IMG/VR virus record: IMGVR_UViG_3300027798_000027
Coordinates: 23,578 to 87,577 of that record
Source of the DNA: a virus
Lineage: Duplodnaviria > Caudoviricetes
Length of the DNA stretch: 64,000 bases
Direction: 5' to 3' (one strand)
This document shows, one piece after another, positions 33,175 through 43,656 of the stretch (the first letter of the stretch is position 1; each line of letters starts with the position of its first letter). The position numbers were made by a program, and so were the translations under genes. The notes beneath the pieces were generated by a model. That model made no database searches. It worked only from the letters and a program-made list of their open reading frames with translations, and had not been told where the DNA came from.

Positions 33175-33752
33175 TATTTGTTTGCTCCTATTGCTTTATT
33201 CCAATTATTGATAGCCCAATGTCCTATACCACAGGCATCGGCAACATCATTGTCTTTAACAATTTTATCATACAAAATCTCAACTAGTTTAATCGTTCTT
33301 TCTTTTCTAACTTGTCTTTCATAAGACTTATACCAAGAATCCGACTTTCCTGAATTTTTTGCTCTAATGTCTATCTGTTCTTCTTTTGTTAATCTTTTAT
33401 TCCCTAAATAATTTTGCCATGTTATTGGCGCTACAGTTCCTATAACTTTTGTTCCAGTTAGTCCAGCAGCACCTAGTAGTGCCCCCTGAACTAATGCTAG
33501 ATCTGCAGCAGTTTTAGGACTGTTCATAAATACGGTATGTTCAATTATAATTGTTTCAAATCCACCAAAATGTTCAAAGAATGCCCTTGTCTTAGCACAA
33601 GCGTCCATTACCTTTTCATAATTTGTTTTTCCATTAAAATTAATTTTACCAATACTACCCAAGGTCTTATCATTAAAAATAGCAAAAGCAAGACTGTTGG
33701 TGCTTGCATCAATAGCACAAATTGTTTTTGGATTAGTTTTGTTCATAGTCAA
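33174..33752 (-). CDS. RuvC-like Holliday junction resolvase
   Basis: ICAIDAST, IIIE, DVADACGIG acidic triad. Confidence 0.8.
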   Translation of the reverse strand: MTMNKTNPKTICAIDASTNSLAFAIFNDKTLGSIGKINFNGKTNYEKVMDACAKTRAFFEHFGGFETIIIEHTVFMNSPKTAADLALVQGALLGAAGLTGTKVIGTVAPITWQNYLGNKRLTKEEQIDIRAKNSGKSDSWYKSYERQVRKERTIKLVEILYDKIVKDNDVADACGIGHWAINNWNKAIGANK

Positions 33753-34023
33753 AGAATCCTTTTAGTTGTTTTAACATCTTATCTACTTCTTTTTTATTTA
33801 CATTACAATTAGGACAAAAGCCAGAATCGTTGTATATTGAAAGTTGTTCCTTACAACCGCCAATACAAAGTCTTTTTTTGCCTATCCTTCTTTGTCTACG
33901 AGTTATTTGATACCTTTCGGCTATCTTTATCTTGGTGGCTTCTTCTCTACAAACATCTCCACAATAAATTTGATAACTTACTTTTGGTGTAAACTGGGTC
34001 TCGCACCTTTCACATAGTTTCAC
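33733..34023 (-). CDS. Multi-Cys zinc-binding protein
   Basis: CERC, CGDVC, CIGGC, CPNC. Confidence 0.7.
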   Translation of the reverse strand: MKLCERCETQFTPKVSYQIYCGDVCREEATKIKIAERYQITRRQRRIGKKRLCIGGCKEQLSIYNDSGFCPNCNVNKKEVDKMLKQLKGFFDYEQN

Positions 34024-34025
34024 AT

Positions 34026-34889
34026 TTATTCATCTTTCTCGTCCTTTAATAATCTCATAGGTTTGATCTTAATTGTTCCGTCTCCTGCTTCGGCACATGC
34101 TTTTTGAATAGGACACACCTTGCAAATTTTTGAATTTGAGCGATAAGGAATTTCTGGTAGTTGTTTATCTTGCCAATTTTTGTAAACTACTTTCATCCAG
34201 TCAAATGTTTCGTCTACCCAAGCACGATACTGATCATTTACTACAACAGGTAAAGTAAGTAATTCGTGATTGTTTTTATTTTCATAAATCATTACACCTT
34301 TACCAATTTTCCAAACCTTCATATACATTAGTAATTGCATTAAATGACCCATTTTAGGTTTTCTACTTAATTTCTTATGTTCAAAGTCATCGTTTCTTAC
34401 TGTCTTAATTTCACCAATAAGTCTTTCACCTTTGTAGTCAATCATGACATCTCCATACCCGTCAAAAGGTGGATCATCAGTTTTAACTCTAAACTCCATT
34501 GCTGGATGAGTTTGCTTGCTGTATTTTCTTGGTATTGGATCAAACTCTAAATCTTGTGCAAGTAAACCAGAAGCCTCTATTGCATCCTGTATTCTTCCAT
34601 GTCCAAGAGTTCCCTGTGTTCTATTTGCTACGCCAGTGGCGTCTGAGTTATCATAAAATATTTGTCCATCAAATCCTAGGTGCCAATATCTTGGACACTC
34701 CCCTGCGCCGTAAGTTAAACCAGATGCAGAAAAATTATTCTTCTTAGTAAACTTTGGTTTTGTTTTAGTGAGATAGCCAGCGTTTATAGCAGTGTCTAAA
34801 CCTTCAACAAGGTTTTCATCTTCTTCGCTATTTCTTTTGTTCTTTTTAGTATCTTTAATCATAATCTGCTTTAGTAAGTTTTTAGCCAT
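34026..34889 (-). CDS. Cas4-like PD-(D/E)xK exonuclease
   Basis: ECPR, GDVM..GEIKT, CKVCPIQKAC Fe-S cysteines. Confidence 0.85.
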   Translation of the reverse strand: MAKNLLKQIMIKDTKKNKRNSEEDENLVEGLDTAINAGYLTKTKPKFTKKNNFSASGLTYGAGECPRYWHLGFDGQIFYDNSDATGVANRTQGTLGHGRIQDAIEASGLLAQDLEFDPIPRKYSKQTHPAMEFRVKTDDPPFDGYGDVMIDYKGERLIGEIKTVRNDDFEHKKLSRKPKMGHLMQLLMYMKVWKIGKGVMIYENKNNHELLTLPVVVNDQYRAWVDETFDWMKVVYKNWQDKQLPEIPYRSNSKICKVCPIQKACAEAGDGTIKIKPMRLLKDEKDE

Positions 34890-34922
34890 GTTTCATCCTT
34901 TGTTTATATTAATTATAGCAGG

Positions 34923-35237
34923 TTAGCGCATTATGTATTTAAGCGCTGACACCAAATCGTTTATTGCTTGTGCTGCTGTAAAGTATATATTTTTCTTTGC
35001 CCTGTCAGATTTGTCAACATTGGCCATCCAAGTGGCCTTAAAAGACATCTTTGCTGCAATGGCCTGTAGTCTTACAATTTCAAGACTGGCAGCCTGAAGG
35101 GGAATATCTGGTTTTATGATAATCTTTGCAATCATGGTTAGGGCAACAGTCAATTCCTCATCTTGCATATAGTCTGCAATCTCTGTTAAACCATTTACCA
35201 TGTCAAGTGTTGTTTTTTGTGATCCTGGTTCAGACAT
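34923..35237 (-). CDS. Hypothetical protein
   Basis: ORF track; located in the replication module. Confidence 0.75.
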   Translation of the reverse strand: MSEPGSQKTTLDMVNGLTEIADYMQDEELTVALTMIAKIIIKPDIPLQAASLEIVRLQAIAAKMSFKATWMANVDKSDRAKKNIYFTAAQAINDLVSALKYIMR

Positions 35238-35529
35238 TATATTTCTCCTCTGTTAATTGTTCTAGCATATTCATTTCAATTATAGCAAGTCTTACCTTTG
35301 TATTTCCTTCTCCAAGTATTACAATAATGGCTGGAGACTTATCTCTACCCGCTTGAATAGAATCAGTAACAGCCTTTGCCCATACGTCCTTATTTAATGT
35401 AAAAGATTTGCTGGCTTCTTTAAAATCAACAACAAATTCACGCCATGTTGCATCACCCTTCTGTGTATTTCTACCAGAATTTTTATGCTGTTTAGCACCT
35501 ATTCTTTTACTTTCGTTCTTTTCGCTCAT
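35230..35529 (-). CDS. Hjc-like PD-(D/E)xK resolvase/endonuclease
   Basis: SEK.E.KRIGAKQHKNSGR...KGDA...VDFKE; start moved to MSEKNE. Confidence 0.7.
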   Translation of the reverse strand: MSEKNESKRIGAKQHKNSGRNTQKGDATWREFVVDFKEASKSFTLNKDVWAKAVTDSIQAGRDKSPAIIVILGEGNTKVRLAIIEMNMLEQLTEEKYNV

Positions 35530-35695
35530 AATCCTTCTTTGTTGGAGGCAGTAGGTTGACTTTTGAAATATGTTTTTGCGTACACATCCATGTTGCATCT
35601 CCAGTCTCTCTCCAATATCTTAAAGATGTTACAACTTCTTGACAAGTTTTACATGGCCACTTGCCAGGATATACAGTAAAATTTTGCTCAGGCAT
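35507..35695 (-). CDS. Small zinc-ribbon protein
   Basis: CKTC...CTQKH. Confidence 0.65.
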   Translation of the reverse strand: MPEQNFTVYPGKWPCKTCQEVVTSLRYWRETGDATWMCTQKHISKVNLLPPTKKDYERKERK

Positions 35696-36701
35696 TAATT
35701 ATTTTTTTCTTAAGTTGTTCTTGTAAATCTAAATCTTCTTTAACACGATCTATGAAACCATCACGACCTTGCACTTTTGTTCCATCATCTAACTGATACC
35801 ATGCACCAGTTCTATTAACCAGTCCCATTGATTCTGCGGTATCAACTAAATCTCCTATTGCATCAATACCAATATTGTCACCTCTAAAATAAAAATCATA
35901 CTCACCAGATTGAAACCCTGGAGAGGTTTTAGAGAATTGTAGTTCCCAACGAATCTTTCTACCAATTTTTTCTTCAATTAGTTTATCCCCAATCTTAATC
36001 TTTCCTTTAATTGCTTGATTTTCTGACTCAGAAGAAAACAATTTAATCACGCAAGATGAATAGAACTTCGTAGCCTGACCGCCAGAAGGCTGTTGACTTG
36101 TGTACATTGCGTTAATATTATTTCTTGATTGTGAGATAAGAACAAGCAGTGTAGGCTTTACTTTGTTGTTAGCATAGTTAAGCATTTTCCAGGCATTGCT
36201 AAAGTCTCTAGACTCTGCACCAATTTGTTTTGTATTTTCAAGTGCCTTCATTTCGTTTGAATCTTTTTCAAAATATATTGCAGGAAGCATTGACGTAATT
36301 GAGTCAATAACAATAAGATCAACTCCAGCATTTATAAGTCCAACACCAACATCTACCATGTCGCTAATAGTACGTGCTTGTGAATAAATTAATTTTGTTG
36401 GATCTACCCCCATTTGTTTAGCCCAGTCTTCTGAATAAGACATTTCAGAATCAATCCATGCACAAACCTTGCCTTCTTTTTGTGCTAAAGCAATCATTTC
36501 TAAACACATAGATGACTTAGCCGATGACTTACTTCCCCACACAAGCACTTGTCTGCCGTATGGCAGTCCACCGCCTAGTGCACGGTTTAATCCAAAACTT
36601 GGAGTTGGCTGATACTCAAAGTTAATTCCTTCTCCTGTGCCAAGACGTTTTCTAATTCTTGGGTCTAACTGTGATAGTACATCTTGTATATTAACTGACA
36701 T
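35688..36701 (-). CDS. recA: RecA/UvsX-like recombinase
   Basis: GGGLPYGR, divergent Walker A WGSKSSAKS, WIDSE, VIDSI, GGQATKFYSS. Confidence 0.92.
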   Translation of the reverse strand: MSVNIQDVLSQLDPRIRKRLGTGEGINFEYQPTPSFGLNRALGGGLPYGRQVLVWGSKSSAKSSMCLEMIALAQKEGKVCAWIDSEMSYSEDWAKQMGVDPTKLIYSQARTISDMVDVGVGLINAGVDLIVIDSITSMLPAIYFEKDSNEMKALENTKQIGAESRDFSNAWKMLNYANNKVKPTLLVLISQSRNNINAMYTSQQPSGGQATKFYSSCVIKLFSSESENQAIKGKIKIGDKLIEEKIGRKIRWELQFSKTSPGFQSGEYDFYFRGDNIGIDAIGDLVDTAESMGLVNRTGAWYQLDDGTKVQGRDGFIDRVKEDLDLQEQLKKKIINA

Positions 36702-39700
36702 TTACATCCTCCATAATTACCGTGCCATCTTTGGTTTTACCAAAACTAAATTTATACGACTTGCCTTCTTCAATATGCATATATGCTTTTGGAAATGCAG
36801 TAGGAAATACTGTTACTGAGTGCAAATCTCTTGAAGTGTCTGCCAAGGTTAAAGAAGCCATTTTCTTTCCAGTCTTTGTTATTCTTGATTTAAATGAAAC
36901 AACGAACATCTCATCTTCTGTATAAGGCAATTGCTTATAACCCAAAAATTTAACAAGTGCATTTGTTGATCCTTTTATTTCATCAACAGGAATTGCAGAA
37001 ACAATTCTATTATCATTAGCAAGAATCAAGTAAGTCCGACCAGTCTCAATAGTTGTTGACTCTTCATCAAATATGCCAACACTTCCAGTTTTGTCTAGAA
37101 TTTCAACTCGTGACCAACCTTTTCCTCTCTTAATTGCTTTAACCATACCCATTAAAATAAAAGATCCTTTTTCTTCAAAATCTTCAATTGATTGAATAAA
37201 TGCATAATAGTGAGATGGAATAGAAATATTAAACTCTGGAAGATTTAAATACTCATAAAGATTTTCTTTTATGTCTTCATCATTACGTGGATTATCAGAA
37301 AATGTTGCAGCACCAGTTAACCTTAATGCATTTAAGGCTCTACTGTTTACTCCATTACCTTTTGTAAATGTAAACTCTTCAAGTTGTTTATAACTATTAA
37401 ATGGTCTTGCATCAATATATTTTTGTGCAATGTTGTTTGAAATAAACTTAATACCAGTTAATCCAAAACGAATTCCCTTGCCCTCAATTTTAAAATCTAA
37501 ATCTGAATCATTAATATGTGGCAGTTTAACTGATATGCCCATACGCTTTGCTTCAATCAGATACTCTGTTCTACCATCTTTATCTTTTTCATTTTTAAGA
37601 AGGGCAAACATAAATTCAAGCGGATAGTAATATTTTAACCACGCCGTCCAATACGAGAGAGTAGAGTAAGCAACTGCGTGGCTCTTGTTAAACGAGTATC
37701 CCGCATGCTCTTCAAAGTCGTGCCAAAGGTCCAAGGCTTTATTAGGAGATATGTACTTACTCGCCCCAGCAACAAACCTATCTTGAAATATATTGAACTC
37801 TTTTGCATCTTTTTTCTTTCCAATAATCTTACGAACTTTGTCAGCCTCTGCCATTGTCATTCCACCAAGATAAACGCAAGCCTGCATAACCTGTTCCTGA
37901 TAAAGAATACACCCATATGTATCATCTGTGAATTCTTTCATAGTTTGATGAACATAAGAAACGTTTTGCTTACCGTGTTTACGAGCAATATAATCTTTGC
38001 CAATAGTGTTCATAGCACCTGGACGAACCAAAGCATTTGATGCTGCCAACTCATTAAAATTCTTTACTCCCATTTTTACTAAAAGATTTGTGTATGGGGT
38101 TGCCTCACATTGAAACACACCCTTGGTATATCCATCTGAAAGCATTTCGTATACTTTGGGATCTGCCATATCAATTGATAAAAGATCAATATCTTTGTAG
38201 TGATTTTTTTTAATCATGTCAATACAATCGTTTACTACACTTAAAGTTTTAAGACCTAATGCATCAATTTTAATAAGACCAATTTTTTCAGCCTCTTCCA
38301 TATCAACACCGACCACAGGAATGCGATCATCGGATCCAGGAGAAGAGCGAGTTTCCAATGGCGCATACCTAAAGATTGGATTCTTACTAGTAACCACACC
38401 AGCAGCATGAATGCCAGTACCTCTAATACGACCACGTAACTGTTCTCCATAAATCTCCACCTCTGGATATTTTTCTCTAAACGATAATGTAGTTTTAGAT
38501 GTGCAATATTCATCCCAAGTGTCAACTAACTTTAATACTTTGTTGACATCTGTTAATGGTATATCTAAAACTCTTGCAACATCTCTTACAACACCCTTAT
38601 CTTTAAATTGAAGGAATGTTGCAATAGATGCTACGTGCCTATACTGTCTAACTAAATAATCTTTTACTTCATCACGACGAGTATCTTGAATGTCTGTATC
38701 AATATCAGGAAAGTCATTACGTTCTGGGTTAATAAAACGGAAGAACAAAAGCCCATGCTCTAATGGATCAATATCAGTAATGCCAAGAAGATAACAAACC
38801 AAAGAACCAGCAGAAGATCCACGTCCTGGACCAACCAAGATTCCTTCTTTCTTTGCCCAAGAAATCATATTTTGAACTACTAAAAAATACGGTGCAAACT
38901 TTTTATCACGAATAATTTCTAATTCTTCCATAAGTCTTTGTTCGTAAGCATCATTGCCAAGCCAATTGTCATTTAAACGTTTTTCTTCTAAGCCAGCAAA
39001 GGCTAGAATTGCTAATTCTTGATCTGGATCTTTATATTGAACAGGAAGTAAGTCAAGACCATCTTTAATGTCATAGTCTTTTACTGTCTCTGCTAGCAAT
39101 AGTGTGTTTGAGTATATGTCTTCTCTATCAATACCCTGTTTTTCCATTGCTGCTTTAATCTCTTCATACGATAAAAGATGAATCTCAAACTTGTTAAATG
39201 TTATATCCCTGTCTTCACCATATAGATAATCTAATCTTTCTATCATAGAAGAACACTTTTTAGACTTTGCGTATGTTGTATCTTTTTGAACCTTAGCGTG
39301 AGTATTCATTAAAAGTTTAAACTCTTGAATATCTTTTTGTGATTCATCAACATGATGACAGTCTGGTGTAACTACTACTTTAATATTAAATTCATCAGCA
39401 AGATCAATAAGATATTTATTTATTTCTGGTGTATTGTGTGGCATGACCTCAATGTAGTAGTCGCTACCAAAATTATCTTTAAACCATTTAATGTGTTTTT
39501 TAGCAAGTGCAAACTCTTGTTCTTCTAATGCTTTAACAATAACGCTGCTAGGACAAGCAGACGTTACAATAATGCCTTCTTTATATTTTTGAAGAATTTC
39601 AAAATCAAACCTTGGTTTTTTAAAGAATCCATCCGTCCATGCTATTTCGCTAATTTTATTAAGATTTTCTAAACCTTTTTGGTTCTTGGCTAGAAGGATA

Positions 39701-39978
39701 ATATGATTATAAACAAGATCTTGTTGACCTGTTCTTTCAGACTTATCTCTTTTATCCGATATGTCTGCACACATATATCCTTCTAGACCAAGGATTGGCT
39801 TAATGCCCTTTTCTTTTGCAGAACGGTAAAACTCTCTGTGACCAGAAAGTGATCCGTGATCTGTAATTGCAAGAGCGTTCATACCCAACTTGCTAGCACG
39901 GTCTACATACTCTTGTGGAGTTGCTATGCCGTCAAATAGGGAGTAGTGAGTATGAACATGTAAGCCTACGTAGTTCAT
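36691..39978 (-). CDS. dnaE: DNA polymerase III alpha subunit (PHP plus Pol C-family)
   Basis: LHVHTHYSLFDG, GPGRGSSAGS, PDIDTD, HAAGVV, IKIDALGL, YSFNKSHA. Confidence 0.96.
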   Translation of the reverse strand: MNYVGLHVHTHYSLFDGIATPQEYVDRASKLGMNALAITDHGSLSGHREFYRSAKEKGIKPILGLEGYMCADISDKRDKSERTGQQDLVYNHIILLAKNQKGLENLNKISEIAWTDGFFKKPRFDFEILQKYKEGIIVTSACPSSVIVKALEEQEFALAKKHIKWFKDNFGSDYYIEVMPHNTPEINKYLIDLADEFNIKVVVTPDCHHVDESQKDIQEFKLLMNTHAKVQKDTTYAKSKKCSSMIERLDYLYGEDRDITFNKFEIHLLSYEEIKAAMEKQGIDREDIYSNTLLLAETVKDYDIKDGLDLLPVQYKDPDQELAILAFAGLEEKRLNDNWLGNDAYEQRLMEELEIIRDKKFAPYFLVVQNMISWAKKEGILVGPGRGSSAGSLVCYLLGITDIDPLEHGLLFFRFINPERNDFPDIDTDIQDTRRDEVKDYLVRQYRHVASIATFLQFKDKGVVRDVARVLDIPLTDVNKVLKLVDTWDEYCTSKTTLSFREKYPEVEIYGEQLRGRIRGTGIHAAGVVTSKNPIFRYAPLETRSSPGSDDRIPVVGVDMEEAEKIGLIKIDALGLKTLSVVNDCIDMIKKNHYKDIDLLSIDMADPKVYEMLSDGYTKGVFQCEATPYTNLLVKMGVKNFNELAASNALVRPGAMNTIGKDYIARKHGKQNVSYVHQTMKEFTDDTYGCILYQEQVMQACVYLGGMTMAEADKVRKIIGKKKDAKEFNIFQDRFVAGASKYISPNKALDLWHDFEEHAGYSFNKSHAVAYSTLSYWTAWLKYYYPLEFMFALLKNEKDKDGRTEYLIEAKRMGISVKLPHINDSDLDFKIEGKGIRFGLTGIKFISNNIAQKYIDARPFNSYKQLEEFTFTKGNGVNSRALNALRLTGAATFSDNPRNDEDIKENLYEYLNLPEFNISIPSHYYAFIQSIEDFEEKGSFILMGMVKAIKRGKGWSRVEILDKTGSVGIFDEESTTIETGRTYLILANDNRIVSAIPVDEIKGSTNALVKFLGYKQLPYTEDEMFVVSFKSRITKTGKKMASLTLADTSRDLHSVTVFPTAFPKAYMHIEEGKSYKFSFGKTKDGTVIMEDVNVS

Positions 39979-39979
39979 C

Positions 39980-40636
39980 TTACCAATCTGTATTGGTTGA
40001 TGAAGTTACAGATGGAGTATCAAACCCCAAATAGAATGCTTCTTGTTCAGCATAAGGAATTTTCTTTAATGCTAACTCAAGAGCGTATGGCTTATGTGCT
40101 GACCAGTTAAATGGTTCTTTATCTGGTGCAGATGGAATAAGTGTGTAACTTGTTTCAGTACCCTGACCGTTACGCTTTAACTTCCATGAAATATTTGAGA
40201 TGCTTCCTGTTTCAAGGGCATACTCACGAATAGTGTTAAATGCAGATTGCTTACTTACGCCCATTGACCAAATGGCTACGTATGGCTCTTCAATGCCATC
40301 ATCTACAAGTACGTTGCAATAAAAACGAAGACGTGCTCTCCAGCCAGCCTTTACATCCTTACGATGCATTTCTTCAGCCCAGTCACGACCTTCTGATTCC
40401 ATAGTATCTACAGCCTTGCGCTTGTAGTCTTTTGGATTTGTGTGTTCTTTAACAACAAGTGCTAATCCACGATCTGCATTATAGTTTGCAGAGTCTTCAT
40501 CAAGTTCTTCAACGAACCTAATTTTTGCAGACTGTCCATCGGCAAGTTTTAACCATCTTACCTTTGGAGAGTTTTCATCATATTTTGGCTTGTCAACTAG
40601 GGCATTAATGTTCTTGAGTCCCTTTACAATAGTCAT
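39980..40636 (-). CDS. Single-stranded DNA-binding protein (phage type)
   Basis: Position between primase and polymerase; WLKLADGQSAKIRF; acidic/aromatic C-terminal tail ending DW. Confidence 0.65.
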   Translation of the reverse strand: MTIVKGLKNINALVDKPKYDENSPKVRWLKLADGQSAKIRFVEELDEDSANYNADRGLALVVKEHTNPKDYKRKAVDTMESEGRDWAEEMHRKDVKAGWRARLRFYCNVLVDDGIEEPYVAIWSMGVSKQSAFNTIREYALETGSISNISWKLKRNGQGTETSYTLIPSAPDKEPFNWSAHKPYALELALKKIPYAEQEAFYLGFDTPSVTSSTNTDW

Positions 40637-40661
40637 ATTTTTTTTCTCCTTGTTTTTTATT

Positions 40662-40976
40662 TTATAGTACTAACCCAAAATGTTTTAAAATAAATATGAT
40701 AGCAAGAGCACTCCATAATATATTAAACCAAATTAAAGTTGGTATGGTTTTTACTGTTGATGACCAGATTAATCCTAAACTTGATACTAAAGCAAAAATG
40801 TAAAACCACCATATGCTAATATCAAATAAAAGGCCTGGAATAATAATTAGGCCTTTGGCAACAAAAGCAAAAAACTCAACAGTATTGGCTTTAGTCCAAT
40901 ATTTTTTGTGACCCATTGTTTTTAAAGCAATGACCCACTGCATGTTTTTATTTTTTGTTTTATTTTTCATACTCAT
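40662..40976 (-). CDS. Small multi-pass membrane protein
   Basis: Three to four hydrophobic segments. Confidence 0.65.
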   Translation of the reverse strand: MSMKNKTKNKNMQWVIALKTMGHKKYWTKANTVEFFAFVAKGLIIIPGLLFDISIWWFYIFALVSSLGLIWSSTVKTIPTLIWFNILWSALAIIFILKHFGLVL

Positions 40977-40981
40977 CTTTT

Positions 40982-41905
40982 CTATTTTAACATACTGGTG
41001 ATAGAATTGTCAAACTGGAACTCCAGTTTTTTAATTGCATCATCATCCATGTCGCCTATATCTTTATATTTTTTATCTATATACGCAGAAGTAACAACAG
41101 GTCCAAGTCTTTGAATTAACTTATCTCTCATTATTATTCCTGCATCATCGTTATCTGCAATTAGAACAATACTATTAAAATACTTTTCTAATAGTTTTAT
41201 CTGTGCTGCAGAAACATTAGCACCCAGCGTAGCAACCGCAGGGAATCCTACTTGATCTAATCTAATTGCATCAAAAGAAGATTCTACTACATACACAATG
41301 TTTGAACTTTTTATTCTATGTAAATTAAATAGGGTCTTGCCTTTTGGCAAACCAGGAGTATTTTTAAATTCTTTACCTTCAATTGTCCTAGCAACAAATC
41401 CAATACACATACCATCTGGAGAATGTACTGGAATTGTAACTGAATCTTGTTTTTCTGAATAGCCAAGGTTAAACTTTATCACTGAGTCTTTAGTTATTTT
41501 TCTACCTTCGTAATACCTAATTGCCCTTGGAGACTCTAATGCATTATTATTTAATCTTTTAATTAATAATTCATCATACTGAACAAATTCTGGTTTACTT
41601 ACTAACGCTTTATTGACTGATGTCTCAATGCTACTTTCTTGCTCTTTACTTTTAATATATCTTATTGCCTCAAAGTATGTTCTATTGGATATATGCATTA
41701 CAAACTCAACAAGAGTTTTCGTGGTTTGACATCCAAAACAAAAAAACAATCCATGCTCTTTTGATACTTCGCCAGCAGGGGTTCTGTTGTTGTTATGATA
41801 TGGACAAAATATAATATAGTCTGTTCCATACTCAGCCTCAATATCAATACCAGCCCCAGTTAGCACACGATTAACTTGTTCTGCTGTATAAGAATCTTTA
41901 ACCAT
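40982..41905 (-). CDS. dnaG: DNA primase (CHC2 Zn finger plus TOPRIM)
   Basis: CPYH...CFGC, VVESSFDA, ADNDDAG; start moved to MVKDSY (GAGGA SD). Confidence 0.9.
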   Translation of the reverse strand: MVKDSYTAEQVNRVLTGAGIDIEAEYGTDYIIFCPYHNNNRTPAGEVSKEHGLFFCFGCQTTKTLVEFVMHISNRTYFEAIRYIKSKEQESSIETSVNKALVSKPEFVQYDELLIKRLNNNALESPRAIRYYEGRKITKDSVIKFNLGYSEKQDSVTIPVHSPDGMCIGFVARTIEGKEFKNTPGLPKGKTLFNLHRIKSSNIVYVVESSFDAIRLDQVGFPAVATLGANVSAAQIKLLEKYFNSIVLIADNDDAGIIMRDKLIQRLGPVVTSAYIDKKYKDIGDMDDDAIKKLEFQFDNSITSMLK

Positions 41906-43124
41906 TCTTATCCTCATAATCCTTGTAACGGTAGTATCCTCTATCAAAGTCTACCTGAACTAAAAAGTCTCCCATGAAACCATTTCTATTTTTTCTAAAT
42001 ACACATTCAATAATATCACTATTCGTGGCACGACCTAAAGCCATTACCCAATCAGCATCATAAGCAATTTGTCTTGACCAAGCAGTTTGTCCCAAAGTTG
42101 GCGGGGTAGAAAGATCCTTAACATCATCTGGAGTAGCAGATGAAATAGCAATAATAGGAACCTCTTCGCTAATAGACATAAGTTTAAGTTCTCGTGAAAG
42201 ATTTTTCATACGTACCGTCTCACTATCGGCTTTTTGATTTGGTGACATTAATTGTAAATAGTCAACAACAACAAAGTCTGGTTTGTATTGATCAATCTTT
42301 CCACGTATAACTGAAGGAGTTAAGTCGCCACCATTATCATTAGAAATAATATGAAACTCTGGTTTACCTTGTAATTTATCTGCATGCCACTTTTTAAGCA
42401 TATCAATTTCTACTTCGCCATTGCTAAGTTTACGATGAGACCATAAGCCTTCACCCATAATTGCAAATACACGATTACGAACTTCTGTTTCAGACATTTC
42501 AAGACTTATGATAAGTGGGCTACGACCCTGCTTCCAGGCCTGTACAGCGAAGTACAGAGCCAACCAAGACTTTCCAATACCTGGATATGCAAGGAAGACT
42601 CCTAGTTGTCCTGGCATGATTCCAGAAGGTAAGTAGTTATCAAACCCTGGCAAACCTGTTTTAATTCCAATGTGACCTAGGCTTTGCATTTTCTTTACAT
42701 TCTCAAAGTATGCAATTGCTGACTCAAGGTCTGTTACTTCAATATCTCTTATTGCAGCAGTATTCTTTTTTAGTTCTGATGTTTTTGTAATAATATGTTC
42801 AAGAGCCTTTGATCCATTCCCGCCCTGAACTTCAGATGCTGCATTGCGTAAAATGTCTTTAAGGCTATCATTTAAATATTCGGTCTGTAATTCTTCAAGG
42901 TGATGCTTTGTTGCACCGACATCCTCTACTGGAACAAAGTCTCTAAATTTTTCTACGACTAAAGATGCTGGTGGAACTGATTGATTATTTTCTGAGTATA
43001 GCCTGATAAAATTCCAGACGTCGTTGTGGGTTCTTAAAAGGTTGTCAACATTTGCTTGTAGTAGTACGTGAATTTGTTTGTCATTTAATACTGCGGTGAT
43101 TAACTTTGCTTCTGTATTATTCAT
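41898..43124 (-). CDS. dnaB: Replicative DnaB-like helicase
   Basis: LAYPGIGKS, SLEMSE, VVVDYLQLM, QIAYDAD, KNRNG. Confidence 0.92.
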   Translation of the reverse strand: MNNTEAKLITAVLNDKQIHVLLQANVDNLLRTHNDVWNFIRLYSENNQSVPPASLVVEKFRDFVPVEDVGATKHHLEELQTEYLNDSLKDILRNAASEVQGGNGSKALEHIITKTSELKKNTAAIRDIEVTDLESAIAYFENVKKMQSLGHIGIKTGLPGFDNYLPSGIMPGQLGVFLAYPGIGKSWLALYFAVQAWKQGRSPLIISLEMSETEVRNRVFAIMGEGLWSHRKLSNGEVEIDMLKKWHADKLQGKPEFHIISNDNGGDLTPSVIRGKIDQYKPDFVVVDYLQLMSPNQKADSETVRMKNLSRELKLMSISEEVPIIAISSATPDDVKDLSTPPTLGQTAWSRQIAYDADWVMALGRATNSDIIECVFRKNRNGFMGDFLVQVDFDRGYYRYKDYEDKNG

Positions 43125-43425
43125 TAATCCACTTCCTTGCTAGTTTTCTTCGCTCTTCTCGGTCCTTAATGTCTTGCTCTATTTCTAGTTTTGCTTCCAA
43201 TATTTTCTGTGCATTGTATGCAAAGTAATTCCAAGTAGGGGAAAGAGAAATATTAAAATAATAATCCAATAAGTCATAGCAAACTCCTATTCCATAAGAT
43301 TCAACAAGAGCATCTGCAGCCCATTGTTCAACATTAAGATTCATGTTGCTTTTGGCTTCATATCTTTGTAGATGCAACTTATTGTATCTACTTAGCAAAG
43401 CCATACGGTCTTTGCGTTCAGTCAT
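43117..43425 (-). CDS. Hypothetical protein (possible helicase partner)
   Basis: ORF track; overlaps the dnaB start. Confidence 0.7.
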   Translation of the reverse strand: MTERKDRMALLSRYNKLHLQRYEAKSNMNLNVEQWAADALVESYGIGVCYDLLDYYFNISLSPTWNYFAYNAQKILEAKLEIEQDIKDREERRKLARKWINE

Positions 43426-43637
43426 TAGTCGTTACTATCGGCCTCTGACTCGGCTTCTTTAACTTTTTCTGTTAACTTTTCTTCAACAAATTTATAAATT
43501 CTTTCAAAAGCCTGCTCTGTATTTTCATCATCACGCTTAGAATCAACTACTCCAAAATCAAACCTTAATGACTGAAAATTACCCAGATTAAGTGTGTATC
43601 CAAGTGCTACTGATATTTTTGTATTTTCGTTTTCCAT
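43425..43637 (-). CDS. Small hypothetical protein
   Basis: Start moved to MENENTKISVALGYTLNLGNFQSLR (GGTGGGG SD). Confidence 0.7.
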   Translation of the reverse strand: MENENTKISVALGYTLNLGNFQSLRFDFGVVDSKRDDENTEQAFERIYKFVEEKLTEKVKEAESEADSND

Positions 43638-43656
43638 TACCCCACCATTTCTATTA

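Noticed and set aside
34026-34889. Cas4 as evidence of a CRISPR-Cas system
   Set aside because: No cas1/cas2, effector genes or array are present; solo Cas4-like nucleases are common in phage recombination modules.
28283-43124. Inteins or introns in terL, recA, dnaE or dnaB
   Set aside because: The ORFs are uninterrupted and of normal length, with no intein C/S...HN-C/S/T boundaries or LAGLIDADG/HNH inserts seen.
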